This document shows, piece by piece, positions 53,648 to 62,775 of a DNA stretch of 64,000 nt. The notes beneath the pieces were generated by a model. The model made no database searches. It was not told the DNA's origin and worked only from the letters and a program-made list of their open reading frames with translations. Source of the stretch: Thermodesulfobacteriota bacterium (GTDB lineage: Bacteria > Desulfobacterota > Binatia > UTPRO1); NCBI GenBank assembly GCA_036781285.1, contig DAIQBH010000002.1, positions 6,710 through 70,709 of the forward strand, given 5' to 3'. Position numbers and translations under genes: made by a program. Each line of letters opens with the position of its first letter. The first letter of the stretch is position 1.

Positions 53648-54823
53648 CAGGGTCGACGCATGCTCGCGAGCACGACCGAGATCCTGACGACGCACGCCGG
53701 CAGCCTGCCGCGCCCCCCCGCCCTCCTCGATCTGCTGGTGCGGGTCAGCAAGCGCGAACCGGTCGACGAGGCGGAGCTCGCCGCCACCGTCGAGACGGCG
53801 ACGCGCGAGGTCGTCGCCAAGCAGGTCGCGGTGGGCATCCACGTCGGCAACGACGGCGAACAGCCGCGCGAGAGCTTCGTCTCCTACGTGCAGCACCGCA
53901 TGAGCGGCTTCGGTGGGCAGAGCCAGCGGCCGATCATGCGCGACATCACGCACTATCCGAGTTTCCTGAACCTGAAGCGCCCCGACTTCGCAAAGCACAT
54001 GGTGAGCCTGATGAACGCGCCGAAGGCGATCGGGCCCGTAACCTACACCGAGCGGCGCTGGGTCGAGGAGGAGTGCGCGCTGATGGAGCGCGCCCACGCC
54101 GACCAACCGGCGCAGTTCCGCGAATGCTTCATGACCGCGGCGTCGCCCGGGATCGTCGCGTCGGCGATGCTGAACGAGCACTACCCGTCCTACGACGAGT
54201 ACGTGACGGCCGTCGGGGACGCGCTCGCACACGAGTACCAAACGATCGTCGCCAACGGATACGTGCTGCAAATCGACGCGCCCGACCTCGCAATGGAGCG
54301 GCACACCTCGTTCGCCGACAAGCCCCTCGCCGAGTTCTTGCGCTTCATCGACACCAACGTGACGGCGCTGAACCGCGCCCTCCGCGACATTCCCGAGGAG
54401 CGCGTCCGCCTGCACGTCTGCTGGGGGAACTACGAGGGTCCGCACGACGACGACGTGCCGCTCGCGGAGATCCTGCCGCGTCTCTACGCCGCCAACGTCG
54501 GCGCGCTCGTCGTCTCGATGGCGAACCCGCGGCACGCGCACGAGCACCGCTGCTTCGAGGAATACCCCCTCCCCGCCGAGATGCTGCTCGTCGCGGGCGT
54601 CGTCGATCCGACGACCAACTACGTCGAGCATCCCGAGGTCGTCGCCGACCGCATCGAGCTCGCCGCGAAGGCCGTCGGCGATCCGCGGCGCGTGCTCGCA
54701 ACGCCCGATTGCGGCTTCGCGACCGCGGCCGGGCTCGGCGAGGTCGCCGAGGAGGTCGTGTGGCTGAAACTCCGCGCGCTCGTCGAGGGCGCCCGGATCG
54801 CGACCCATCGCCTCTTTCGCTGA
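53648..54823 (+). CDS. Cobalamin-independent methionine synthase (MetE C-terminal domain)-like / UROD-fold methyltransferase family protein
   Basis: About 390 aa with the MetE-C-like layout (THAGSLPRP..., IGPVTY, HVCWGNYEG, zinc-ligand-like H/C/E positions). Confidence 0.7.
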   Translation, partial: QGRRMLASTTEILTTHAGSLPRPPALLDLLVRVSKREPVDEAELAATVETATREVVAKQVAVGIHVGNDGEQPRESFVSYVQHRMSGFGGQSQRPIMRDITHYPSFLNLKRPDFAKHMVSLMNAPKAIGPVTYTERRWVEEECALMERAHADQPAQFRECFMTAASPGIVASAMLNEHYPSYDEYVTAVGDALAHEYQTIVANGYVLQIDAPDLAMERHTSFADKPLAEFLRFIDTNVTALNRALRDIPEERVRLHVCWGNYEGPHDDDVPLAEILPRLYAANVGALVVSMANPRHAHEHRCFEEYPLPAEMLLVAGVVDPTTNYVEHPEVVADRIELAAKAVGDPRRVLATPDCGFATAAGLGEVAEEVVWLKLRALVEGARIATHRLFR

Positions 54824-54836
54824 GAAAGGATTCGTC

Positions 54837-55010
54837 ATGACGTACGCCGGAGACCGGCTGATCCACGACGCCGACTACCCGCACGTCGAGGGCGGCCGGA
54901 ATCCCCTCAAGCGCTTCGACGACTGGCTCGCGGATACGCCGGCCGACGCGCGGGAACGCTTCTACGCTTCGAACTTCGTCGACCTGATGGGCGCGGCGTT
55001 GCCTCGCTGA
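54837..55010 (+). CDS. 57-aa ORF resembling the C-terminal end of amidohydrolase-2 family enzymes; possible gene remnant or small protein
   Basis: ATG with a GAGAAAGGA SD-like stretch. MTYAGDRLIHDADYPHVEGGRNPLKRFDDWLADTPADARERFYASNFVDLMGAALPR. Not in the supplied ORF list. Confidence 0.25.
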   Translation: MTYAGDRLIHDADYPHVEGGRNPLKRFDDWLADTPADARERFYASNFVDLMGAALPR

Positions 55011-55262
55011 CGGGGGCTGCCGCGTCGAGCGATGCGACGGCCGCTCCGCGGGCGAGTGGCAACCTCCTCCTACGGTCGCGCGGTTCCTGGGTCCGGCGCC
55101 TACTACCCGCCGCAGCCATCATGCTTTGCGCACACGCGAGCTGAGCGCTCCCCGAAGGAGCTCGCCACTCGCCCTCGACCGGCGCGGTCGCATGGCGGCC
55201 GTGAGCAACACGAGCTCAAGACTTCGCGGACCCCGCTTGAAGTAGGCTACGCGGCGGTCGCT

Positions 55263-55392
55263 CCGCGGGGGTGGTGAGTCGTCGAGGCGCGAGGACAGCT
55301 CCCGGTCGACCGCAAGACATGGCGGCTCTGACGGGCTCTACGGGCTGGGGACCAGCGATCCGAGCGACGAGGCGAGCTCACCACCCCCGCGG
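55263..55392. repeat. 16-bp perfect inverted repeat (ccgcgggggtggtgag / ctcaccacccccgcgg) flanking a 98-nt core inside a 490-bp intergenic region
   Basis: Exact reverse-complement arms at 55263-55278 and 55377-55392. No ORF is explained by this region. Confidence 0.45.
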
Positions 55393-55498
55393 AACCGCAG
55401 CCCGGACTCGTCTCTTTCGATTGCAAGAGCCGCGGCCCGTATTGCCACGTGTCGCGGCGCACGCGACACTCCTGGGCGTGCGGCGCGGAGAGACGTTC

Positions 55499-56218
55499 GT
55501 GAGGTGGCGGCTGCGCTGCGGAGTCGCGGCCGTGTGGGTCGTGCTCGGCAGCATCGCATTTCCGCAGGCCGCCAGCGCCGCCGATCCGCATCCGCACGCC
55601 ACCGCCGCCCCGTGGGCCGCGACGCCCGGGAGTCAGCACGACTTCGCGAACGTCGAACAGTGGAGGCGGGTCTTCGACGACCCGGCGCGCGACGCGTGGC
55701 AGAAGCCCGCCGAGCTCGTCGCGGCGCTCCGCTTGCGTCCGGGGGCGTGGGTCGCCGATCTCGGCGCGGGCACCGGCTACTTCAGCCGGCACCTCGATGC
55801 CGCCGTCGGGCCGGACGGGGTCGTCTTCGCGGTCGACACCGAGCCGAACCTGGTCGCCCACCTGCGTGCGCGCGCCGAGCAAGAGCGGACACGGACGATC
55901 GTCCCCGTGCTCGCCTCGATGCACGATCCGCGATTGCCGCCCGGCGCACTCGATCTCGTGCTGATCGTCGACACGTACCATCATCTCGACGCGCGCCGCG
56001 CCTACCTCGATCGGCTCGCCCGGACGCTCAAGCCCGCCGGCCGGGTCGCGATCGTCGACTGGCAGAAGCACGACCTCCCCGTCGGCCCGCCGGCGTCGCA
56101 CAAGCTCGCGCGCGAGCAGGTCGTCGACGAGATGCGCTCGGCGGGGTTCGCGCTGGTCGACGAGCCGGCGATTCTTCCGCACCAGTACTTCCTGGTGTTC
56201 GCGCGGACCGCGGGATGA
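55499..56218 (+). CDS. Class I SAM-dependent methyltransferase with an N-terminal signal peptide
   Basis: GTG start. Signal peptide VRWRLRCGVAAVWVVLGSIAFPQAASA. Motif I VADLGAGTGYF, post-I acidic FAVDTE, motif II LVLIVDTYHH. Confidence 0.6.
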   Translation: MRWRLRCGVAAVWVVLGSIAFPQAASAADPHPHATAAPWAATPGSQHDFANVEQWRRVFDDPARDAWQKPAELVAALRLRPGAWVADLGAGTGYFSRHLDAAVGPDGVVFAVDTEPNLVAHLRARAEQERTRTIVPVLASMHDPRLPPGALDLVLIVDTYHHLDARRAYLDRLARTLKPAGRVAIVDWQKHDLPVGPPASHKLAREQVVDEMRSAGFALVDEPAILPHQYFLVFARTAG

Positions 56219-57375
56219 GCCACGCGCTGGTCTTCCTCCTCCTGCTGGCCCTCGCTGCCTGCAAGCCCGCGTCGGCGAGCCCGCGCGCCGTACCGGTCCC
56301 GAACGCCGTCGCGGCGAGCGTCACGTTGACGCAGGTCGCGACGGGCCTTTCGAAGCCCGTCACGCTAACGTTCGCACCCGGCGATCCGCGCGAGCGCCTC
56401 TTCGTCGTCGCGCATACCGGGCCGATCCGCGTGTTGCGCGACGGCAGGATCGATCCCGCGAGCCCGCCGTTCCTCGACCTTTCGAAGCGCGTGTCGAGCC
56501 AGTCCGAGCAAGGGCTTCTCGGCCTCGCCTTCCACCCGCGCTACCCCGAGAACCGGCGCTTCTTCGTGAACCTCACCGATCGCGACGGCGACACTCGCGT
56601 CCTCGAATTCCGCGCCTCTCCGACCGATCCCGAGCGCGCCGACCCGGCCAGCGAGCGCGAGCTGCTCTTCGTGGACCAGCCCTACTCCAACCACAACGGC
56701 GGCCACCTCGCGTTCGGCCCGGACGGCCTCCTGTACGTCGGGCTCGGCGATGGCGGCTCGGCGGGCGACCCCAAAGGCAACGGCCAGCACCCGACCGCGC
56801 TCCTCGGAAAGATGCTGACGCTCGACGTCGACGCCGCGGAGACCCCGGCGCCGCGCATCGTGGCCCTCGGACTCCGCAACCCGTGGCGCTACGCGTTCGA
56901 CCGCAAGACCGCGGACCTCTGGATCGCCGACGTCGGCCAGGATGCGTTCGAGGAGATCGACGTCATGACGCCCGCGATGCGGGCCACGGCGGTGCCGACC
57001 AACTTCGGCTGGAATCCGACCGAAGGCCTGCACTGCTATCCCAGCAACGCGGACTGCGACCTCGGGCGCTACGTCATGCCCGTCATCGAGTACGACCACG
57101 ACGACGGCTGCTCGGTCACCGGCGGCTTCGTCTATCGCGGCCGCGCCCTCCCCGTGCTCGACGGCGTCTACTTCTACGCCGATTACTGCACCGCGATGAT
57201 CCGGAGCGTGCGCTGGGACGGGAAGACGGTCAGCGACATCTGGGATTGGCGTGCGGCGCTCGATCCGAAAGAACGGCTCGCGGACCTGTCGTCGTTCGGA
57301 GAGGACGCCGCCGGCGAGCTCTACCTGCTCTCGCTCGACGGCACGATCCATCGCTTCGACCCGGCCGCACGCTGA
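56215..57375 (+). CDS. Glucose/sorbosone-dehydrogenase-family (soluble quinoprotein-type beta-propeller) lipoprotein
   Basis: ATG overlaps the preceding stop (ATGA). Lipobox LLALAAC. GSDH signature YSNHNGGHLAFGPDGLLYVGLGDGG. Confidence 0.78.
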   Translation: MSHALVFLLLLALAACKPASASPRAVPVPNAVAASVTLTQVATGLSKPVTLTFAPGDPRERLFVVAHTGPIRVLRDGRIDPASPPFLDLSKRVSSQSEQGLLGLAFHPRYPENRRFFVNLTDRDGDTRVLEFRASPTDPERADPASERELLFVDQPYSNHNGGHLAFGPDGLLYVGLGDGGSAGDPKGNGQHPTALLGKMLTLDVDAAETPAPRIVALGLRNPWRYAFDRKTADLWIADVGQDAFEEIDVMTPAMRATAVPTNFGWNPTEGLHCYPSNADCDLGRYVMPVIEYDHDDGCSVTGGFVYRGRALPVLDGVYFYADYCTAMIRSVRWDGKTVSDIWDWRAALDPKERLADLSSFGEDAAGELYLLSLDGTIHRFDPAAR

Positions 57376-57401
57376 CCGGCGCCGCTCGGGCCCGCGGACG
57401 A

Positions 57402-58376
57402 CTACGGGACGAGGACGACTTTGCCTTTCACCCGCCGCGCCGCGAGGTCACCGAGCGCCTCGGCGACGCGCGTGAACGGATACGTCGCCGAGATCCGCGG
57501 CTTCAGCTTCCCCGCCGCGTACCACTCCATGAGCTCCTGGATGTTGGCCGCGTGGCGCGCGGGCTCGCGCATCGTGAACGAGCCCCAGAAGACGCCGACG
57601 ATCTGCGCGCCCTTCAACAGCACGAGGTTCAGCGGGATCTTCGGGATCGGCCCCGCCGCGAAACCGATCACGAGGAAGCGCCCTTCCCACGCGATCGAGC
57701 GGAACGCCTGCTCGGAAAAGTCGCCGCCGACGGGATCGTAGATCACGTCGGCGCCGTTGCCGCCGGTGAGCGCCTTGATGCGCTCTTTCAGGTCTTCCTG
57801 CGAGTAGTCGATGCCCTCGTCGGCGCCGTGCTCGCGGCAGACCGCGAGCTTCTCCGCCGATGACGCCGCGGCGATCACCTTGGCGCCCATCGCCTTCCCG
57901 AGCTCGACCGCCGCGAGGCCGACACCGCCCGCGGCGCCGAGCACGAGCAGCGTCTCGCCGGGCTTCAACGCCGCGCGATCCTTCAGCGCGTAGTGTGACG
58001 TCCCGTACGTGAAGAGAAACGCGGCTGCGGCGTCGAACGGCATGCTCGCCGGGATCGGGACGCAGACGCGCGCGTCGATCGCGATCTCCTCCGCGAAGCC
58101 GCCGAAGCCGGGCGCGCCGAGCACGCGATCGCCGGGCTTCAGCGTCGTCACCTGCGCGCCGACCGCCTTCACGACGCCCGACACCTCGCCGCCCGGCGAG
58201 AACGGGAGTGGGGGTTTGAACTGATATTTGTTCTCGATGATCAGCAGATCGGGGAAGTTCACCCCGCACGCCTTCACGTCCAGCAGGACCTGATGGTCGG
58301 TGATCGCCGGTGTCGGCAGCTCCTCGACGACGAGCTTCTCGGGTGGTCCGAACTCCTTGCAAACGACAGCGCGCAT
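57402..58376 (-). CDS. NADPH:quinone oxidoreductase / zinc-independent medium-chain dehydrogenase-reductase
   Basis: MRAVVCKEFGPPEKL..., Rossmann motif GAAGGVGLAAVELGKAMGAKV, PGFGGFAE. Confidence 0.85.
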   Translation of the reverse strand: MRAVVCKEFGPPEKLVVEELPTPAITDHQVLLDVKACGVNFPDLLIIENKYQFKPPLPFSPGGEVSGVVKAVGAQVTTLKPGDRVLGAPGFGGFAEEIAIDARVCVPIPASMPFDAAAAFLFTYGTSHYALKDRAALKPGETLLVLGAAGGVGLAAVELGKAMGAKVIAAASSAEKLAVCREHGADEGIDYSQEDLKERIKALTGGNGADVIYDPVGGDFSEQAFRSIAWEGRFLVIGFAAGPIPKIPLNLVLLKGAQIVGVFWGSFTMREPARHAANIQELMEWYAAGKLKPRISATYPFTRVAEALGDLAARRVKGKVVLVP

Positions 58377-58511
58377 GCGTCCTCCTCGCGGCGCCGCTCG
58401 TTACACCGGCGGTCCAAGCGACGCAAATCAGCGTGAATCGCGCTGTTCACGCCGCCGACGGGTCCGCCGAACGCCGTCGTGCTCACGGCCGCCGCCGATT
58501 GGATGGACCGC

Positions 58512-59534
58512 TTACAGCCCGAGCATGCGATCCTGGGCCTCGGGATCGGCGTCCTCGAACTCGAGGATGCCGAGACGGTCGAAGGCTTGGCGGACGCGGG
58601 GGCTGAGCAGACCGAGGCGTTTCAGATTGGGCACGATCCGCATGAAGAGCGAGCGCCGGAAGTCCATGAAGGGCGCCGACTCGAGGACGACCTGGCGGAC
58701 CTCGTCACGGCTCCAGCCCATCGCGTCGGCGATCTGGTCGCCGATGAGACGATTCTTCGAGAGCTCGCACGCGTAGATGATGAAATCCTCGCGATCCTTG
58801 AGCTCGTTCGCCGGCATCTCCTTGTAATAGTCGGAGAGCGAGAGGACGCCGAAGGCGACGTGGCGCGACTCGTCGCGCATCACGTAGTGGATCAGCTCTT
58901 TCAGGAGCGGCTCGGACGTCAGGTGGTAGAGGTTGCCGAAGGCCGCCATCGCGAGGCCTTCGATCACGATCTGCATGCCGAGGTACTTGAAGTCCCAGCG
59001 GCCGTCCTTGATCGTCGCGTCGAGGAGCTCTTTCAAATTCTCGTTGATCGGCCACTGCCACTCGAGCTTCTCGTTGATGTAGCGGCTGAAGACCTCGACG
59101 TGGCGGGCCTCGTCCATCGTCTGGGTGCCGGCATAGTACTTGGCGTCGACCCACGGCACGGCGCCGACGAGCTGCGACGCGACGATGAGCGCGCCCTGCT
59201 CCCCGTGCAGGAACTGCGAGAGCTGGAGCGCCACCTGCGCGTGGCGGAGCCGATCTTTCTCCTTCGCGTTCAGCCGATCGTACGGTCCGTACCCGTGCAG
59301 CGGGTTCACCATGTCGGGGAGGATGCCGCGCTCGGGATCGACGTCGGTCGACCAGGCGAGCTGCTTGGTCCCGTTCCATTGGTCGCGCTTCGCCTTCTCG
59401 TAGAGGTCGCGAAGCCCGTCCTTCACGCTCCCGTAGTTCCAGGCGTAGCTGGTGTCGAACGAGGTGAGGATCGTGTCGAGCTCTTGGTCGAGCCCATCGA
59501 GTTGGTTGATCACGGGCGTGCTGGCGATCGACAT
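58512..59534 (-). CDS. Ferritin-like di-iron carboxylate protein (AurF/R2-like oxygenase family), putative oxygenase
   Basis: ATG after AAGGAG. Two ExxH motifs (DEARHVEVF, DESRHVAFG) with additional conserved Glu, in an about 340-aa helical protein. Confidence 0.6.
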   Translation of the reverse strand: MSIASTPVINQLDGLDQELDTILTSFDTSYAWNYGSVKDGLRDLYEKAKRDQWNGTKQLAWSTDVDPERGILPDMVNPLHGYGPYDRLNAKEKDRLRHAQVALQLSQFLHGEQGALIVASQLVGAVPWVDAKYYAGTQTMDEARHVEVFSRYINEKLEWQWPINENLKELLDATIKDGRWDFKYLGMQIVIEGLAMAAFGNLYHLTSEPLLKELIHYVMRDESRHVAFGVLSLSDYYKEMPANELKDREDFIIYACELSKNRLIGDQIADAMGWSRDEVRQVVLESAPFMDFRRSLFMRIVPNLKRLGLLSPRVRQAFDRLGILEFEDADPEAQDRMLGL

Positions 59535-59626
59535 CGTGGAGGCTCCTTGTCGGCTCAAACGTGCCGAGGAAAACGGCCTCGCGAGGACTACGCCAAGCGC
59601 CCGGCCAAAGGAAGCACGCGGCCCGG

Positions 59627-59995
59627 TCAGCGCCGGGTCGGAATCACGTGGCGGACCCCGCCCCGGGGATCGGGATGGTCGCCCCGATAGCGGGGAATCA
59701 GGTGCCAATGCGTGTGCGGGATCTTCTGCCCCGCCGACTCCCCGTCGTTGACGCCGATGTTGTAGCCGTCCGGGCGGTGCGCCTTGGCGATCTGATCGCG
59801 CTCGCTTCGGAGCAGCGCGTGGCAGGCCGCGATTTCGTCGGCCGTCAGGTCGAAGAAGCTCGCGCTGTGGCGCTTGGGAATGATCAGGGTGTGGCCGGTC
59901 GCCGCAGGCTCGACGTCGCGGACCGCGACCGCCAGCGCGTTCTCGGCGAGCACACGATCCCCGAGGTCGCAAAAGGGACACGCACGATCATCCAT
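59627..59995 (-). CDS. HIT-family (histidine triad) nucleotide hydrolase
   Basis: ATG after GAGGAG. HTHWHLIP histidine triad. CPFC zinc-ribbon-like N-terminus. Confidence 0.85.
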   Translation of the reverse strand: MDDRACPFCDLGDRVLAENALAVAVRDVEPAATGHTLIIPKRHSASFFDLTADEIAACHALLRSERDQIAKAHRPDGYNIGVNDGESAGQKIPHTHWHLIPRYRGDHPDPRGGVRHVIPTRR

Positions 59996-60128
59996 GGAAG
60001 GCTCCTCGAAAGGGCTTGGGGGACGACGAGTAGTGGGCAGGCCTCCCAAGCTAGGTGAGAGCGGCCGCGCGATCAATCCTGGCGCCCGTCTCGACGACCT
60101 GCCAGGAGTGTGCGAGACGCATCCGCCG

Positions 60129-61178
60129 ATGAGGGGCTCGATCGATCCAGGCTTCACCGTGTCGCTCGTGGCGCTGACGCTCCTGGGCGTGGCCGGGTGC
60201 GAAAAGGGATCGCCGGCGGCGCCCGAGAGGACGCCGCACCCGACCCCGCCCCCGATCTCGGAGTCCTGGACGCGTCTCGAGCCCGGCGTCGGCGCCATTC
60301 GGGCGATCGTCGTCGACCCGCGCCGCAGCGACACCATCTACGTCGGCACGACCGACGGCGTGCGCAAGTCGACCGACCATGGCAAGACGTGGAAGCCGAC
60401 CGGCAAGCTCGAGCCGCGCGACGCGCGCGTGCTGGCACTCGACCGCCGGTCGCCGGACACGCTGTACGTCGGGACGGTGAACGGCCACCTCGCCAAGACG
60501 ACCGACGGCGGCGCCACTTGGACGAGGCTCACGGTCCCGATCGTGAAGCCGGTGCCCGTGCGCGCCTTGGCGCTCGACCCCCACGACGCCGACACCGCGT
60601 ACGCAGCGATCCCCTATACCGGCGTCGTCAAGACGACCGACGGCGGCGCCACATGGACCGGGGTCTCCAAGGGTCTCACCGACCTCGACGTGCGCGCGCT
60701 GGCGCTCGACCCCGCGACTCCCGGCGTCGTGTACGCCGGCACGAACGGCAAAGGCCTCTTCAAGAGCACCGACGGCGGCGCGCACTGGAACGAAAGCAAT
60801 GGCGGCCTCGCGAACCTCGTCATCCGCGACATCGCGATCGACCCGTCGACACCCGCGACCCTCTACATCGCGACGTACGGCGTCGGCGTCTACAAGAGTA
60901 CCGACGCCGGCGCGACCTGGAAGCCCGCCGCCACCGGCCTCGCCAGTCAGATCGTCGCGGCGCTGGCCCTCGATCCGAAGCGCCCGACCATCCTCTACGC
61001 CGGCGGTGCCAGCGGCTCCCTCGCGAAGACGACCGACGGCGGCGCGAAATGGACCCAGGTCCGCGCGAAGACCAAGCGCCAGGTATGGACGATGGCGATC
61101 GACCCGAACGCGACCGACACGGTCTACTTCGGCACGGGCGGCGACGGGGTTTTCCGGAGCACGACCGGCGCGAATTAG
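60129..61178 (+). CDS. BNR/Asp-box repeat beta-propeller lipoprotein (Ycf48-like or sialidase-like fold)
   Basis: Lipobox LLGVAGC. At least seven TDGGxTW / STDxGxTW BNR motifs at about 45-aa intervals. Confidence 0.7.
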   Translation: MRGSIDPGFTVSLVALTLLGVAGCEKGSPAAPERTPHPTPPPISESWTRLEPGVGAIRAIVVDPRRSDTIYVGTTDGVRKSTDHGKTWKPTGKLEPRDARVLALDRRSPDTLYVGTVNGHLAKTTDGGATWTRLTVPIVKPVPVRALALDPHDADTAYAAIPYTGVVKTTDGGATWTGVSKGLTDLDVRALALDPATPGVVYAGTNGKGLFKSTDGGAHWNESNGGLANLVIRDIAIDPSTPATLYIATYGVGVYKSTDAGATWKPAATGLASQIVAALALDPKRPTILYAGGASGSLAKTTDGGAKWTQVRAKTKRQVWTMAIDPNATDTVYFGTGGDGVFRSTTGAN

Positions 61179-61240
61179 ACAAGGCAAGGGATCTCTCCCT
61201 CGCGCCGGTCGACTCGCTTCACCGGACCGGTTCGACCGCA

Positions 61241-62476
61241 TCATCGCACCGGCACCGGCGCCAGCGCCTCACCCGCGGCGCGGAGCGACTTGGATCCCAC
61301 CAGCACCGCGAGCGCCACGAGCGTGCCACACGCGACGACGACGAAGACCGACGGGTAGCCGCCCCACTCCGCCAGGGGCCCGAGCAACGTCGAGCCGGCG
61401 GCGAGGCCGAGGGCGAAGGCACCGGTGAAGATCGCGATCATCCGGCCGCGCTCGTGCGGGCGGACGGCGGTCACCGCGAGCGCATTGACGGCCGGATAGA
61501 AGAGCCCGTGCGCCAGGCCGAAGAGCGCGCCCAGTGGCTCGAGCGTCATCGGCCCCGCCGTCGCGAGCGCGAACACCACGCCGGCGTAGAGAACCAGCGA
61601 GCCGCGCGCGACGCGATACGAGCCGACCCGCGCCGGGATGCCTCCGAACACGCAGCGCACGACGATCGCCGCGACCGCGTACGCGACGAAGAAGCCGCTG
61701 ACGTGCGTGCGGCCGAGGTCGAGCGCGTACGCCGGCTCGAACGTGAACACGGCGCCGAACGTGGCCCCGTTGAGCGCCACGACGAGGCCATAGTGCCGCG
61801 CGATCGGCTGCGCGAGAAGCGCCCACATGCCCCCCGACGCGGCCGGGTTCGGGCGCCACGCGTGCTCCCGCACCTGCGCCGCGAGCACGGTCGCCGCCGT
61901 CGCCGCGCATGCTGCGAGCGCGAACACCACCTGCCACCCGACGGCCTCCGCGAGCGGCTCGGCGACCGCCGGCGCCACCGCGTTCATGACGAGCATGCTG
62001 GCTCCGGAGAGTCCAAGCGCCTGGTTCAAGCGCTCACGCGGCACGACGTCGGCGACGAGCGTACCGACCGCCGTCACGACGAGCGCATACGACAAGCCCT
62101 GGAGCACGCGGAGCCCGTCGAGCAGCCAGCCGAGCTCGCGCACGGCGAGGAAACCCGCGGCGGCGACCGTCATCAGGATCGCGCCCGCGATCATCGCGTA
62201 GCGGCGCGGGAAGCGGTCGACGACCCAACCCGCGAACGGCGTCGCGAGCACCGTCGCGCACGAGAACACGCCGACGGTGAATCCGATCTCCGCCGGCCCG
62301 GCCGCGAGCTCCTGCGCCAGGAACTTCGGCAGGAGATAGAACGTCGAGAACGCGAACCCCCAGACGCTCGCCGCCCCGAGCACGCGGCCGAGATCGGCCG
62401 TGAGCCACGGCGCGGACCCGACCTCCGGGGTGGTCCGGCGATCGACTACGAGTCTCAGTGCTGGTTCTGCGCGCAT
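61241..62476 (-). CDS. MFS transporter
   Basis: ATG at 62476 after AGGAGA. 12 predicted TM helices. MFS signature-like GWVVDRFPRRYAM between TM2 and TM3. Confidence 0.85.
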   Translation of the reverse strand: MRAEPALRLVVDRRTTPEVGSAPWLTADLGRVLGAASVWGFAFSTFYLLPKFLAQELAAGPAEIGFTVGVFSCATVLATPFAGWVVDRFPRRYAMIAGAILMTVAAAGFLAVRELGWLLDGLRVLQGLSYALVVTAVGTLVADVVPRERLNQALGLSGASMLVMNAVAPAVAEPLAEAVGWQVVFALAACAATAATVLAAQVREHAWRPNPAASGGMWALLAQPIARHYGLVVALNGATFGAVFTFEPAYALDLGRTHVSGFFVAYAVAAIVVRCVFGGIPARVGSYRVARGSLVLYAGVVFALATAGPMTLEPLGALFGLAHGLFYPAVNALAVTAVRPHERGRMIAIFTGAFALGLAAGSTLLGPLAEWGGYPSVFVVVACGTLVALAVLVGSKSLRAAGEALAPVPVR

Positions 62477-62525
62477 CGTCGTCTCCTGATGCCCCGCCGG
62501 AGCGGCCGGGAGAGTCGTGCGCCAG

Positions 62526-62563
62526 AAACGCAAAACCCCTCCGGCCGATCGCGGCGGGAGGGG
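62526..62563 (-). terminator. Intrinsic terminator (GC-rich hairpin plus U tract on the minus strand) about 50 nt upstream of the MFS start codon and about 210 nt downstream of the ATL gene
   Basis: The minus strand reads CCCCTCCCGCCGCGATCGGCCGGAGGGG then TTTTGCGTTTCT. Confidence 0.45.
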
Positions 62564-62775
62564 CTGGGAATCGGTTCGTCGTGTTGCCTACTGCGAAGCG
62601 ATTCTCCCTACCGACGCGCGTGGGGCCACGGGATGGAGGCGGACGACCGCCTGCCAATCCGCTAGGCCGGCTCGCCACGATTTGAACGAGGCGCGCGTGC
62701 TGGTCGAGTTTCGCATCGAGGCGTCACCTTGCACGACGCTCCACGATGTCGCAAGCACGAAATGCATCGCGACGA

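Noticed and set aside
60110-62665. 851-aa plus-strand ORF
   Set aside because: Shadow overlapping the BNR lipoprotein and the MFS transporter on the other strand. Arg-rich low complexity.
62570-62775. TPP riboswitch assignment for the MFS leader
   Set aside because: A GUAGGGA-like stretch is present but the conserved CUGAGA box and the pairing pattern of the TPP aptamer are not evident. Left as an unclassified candidate leader.
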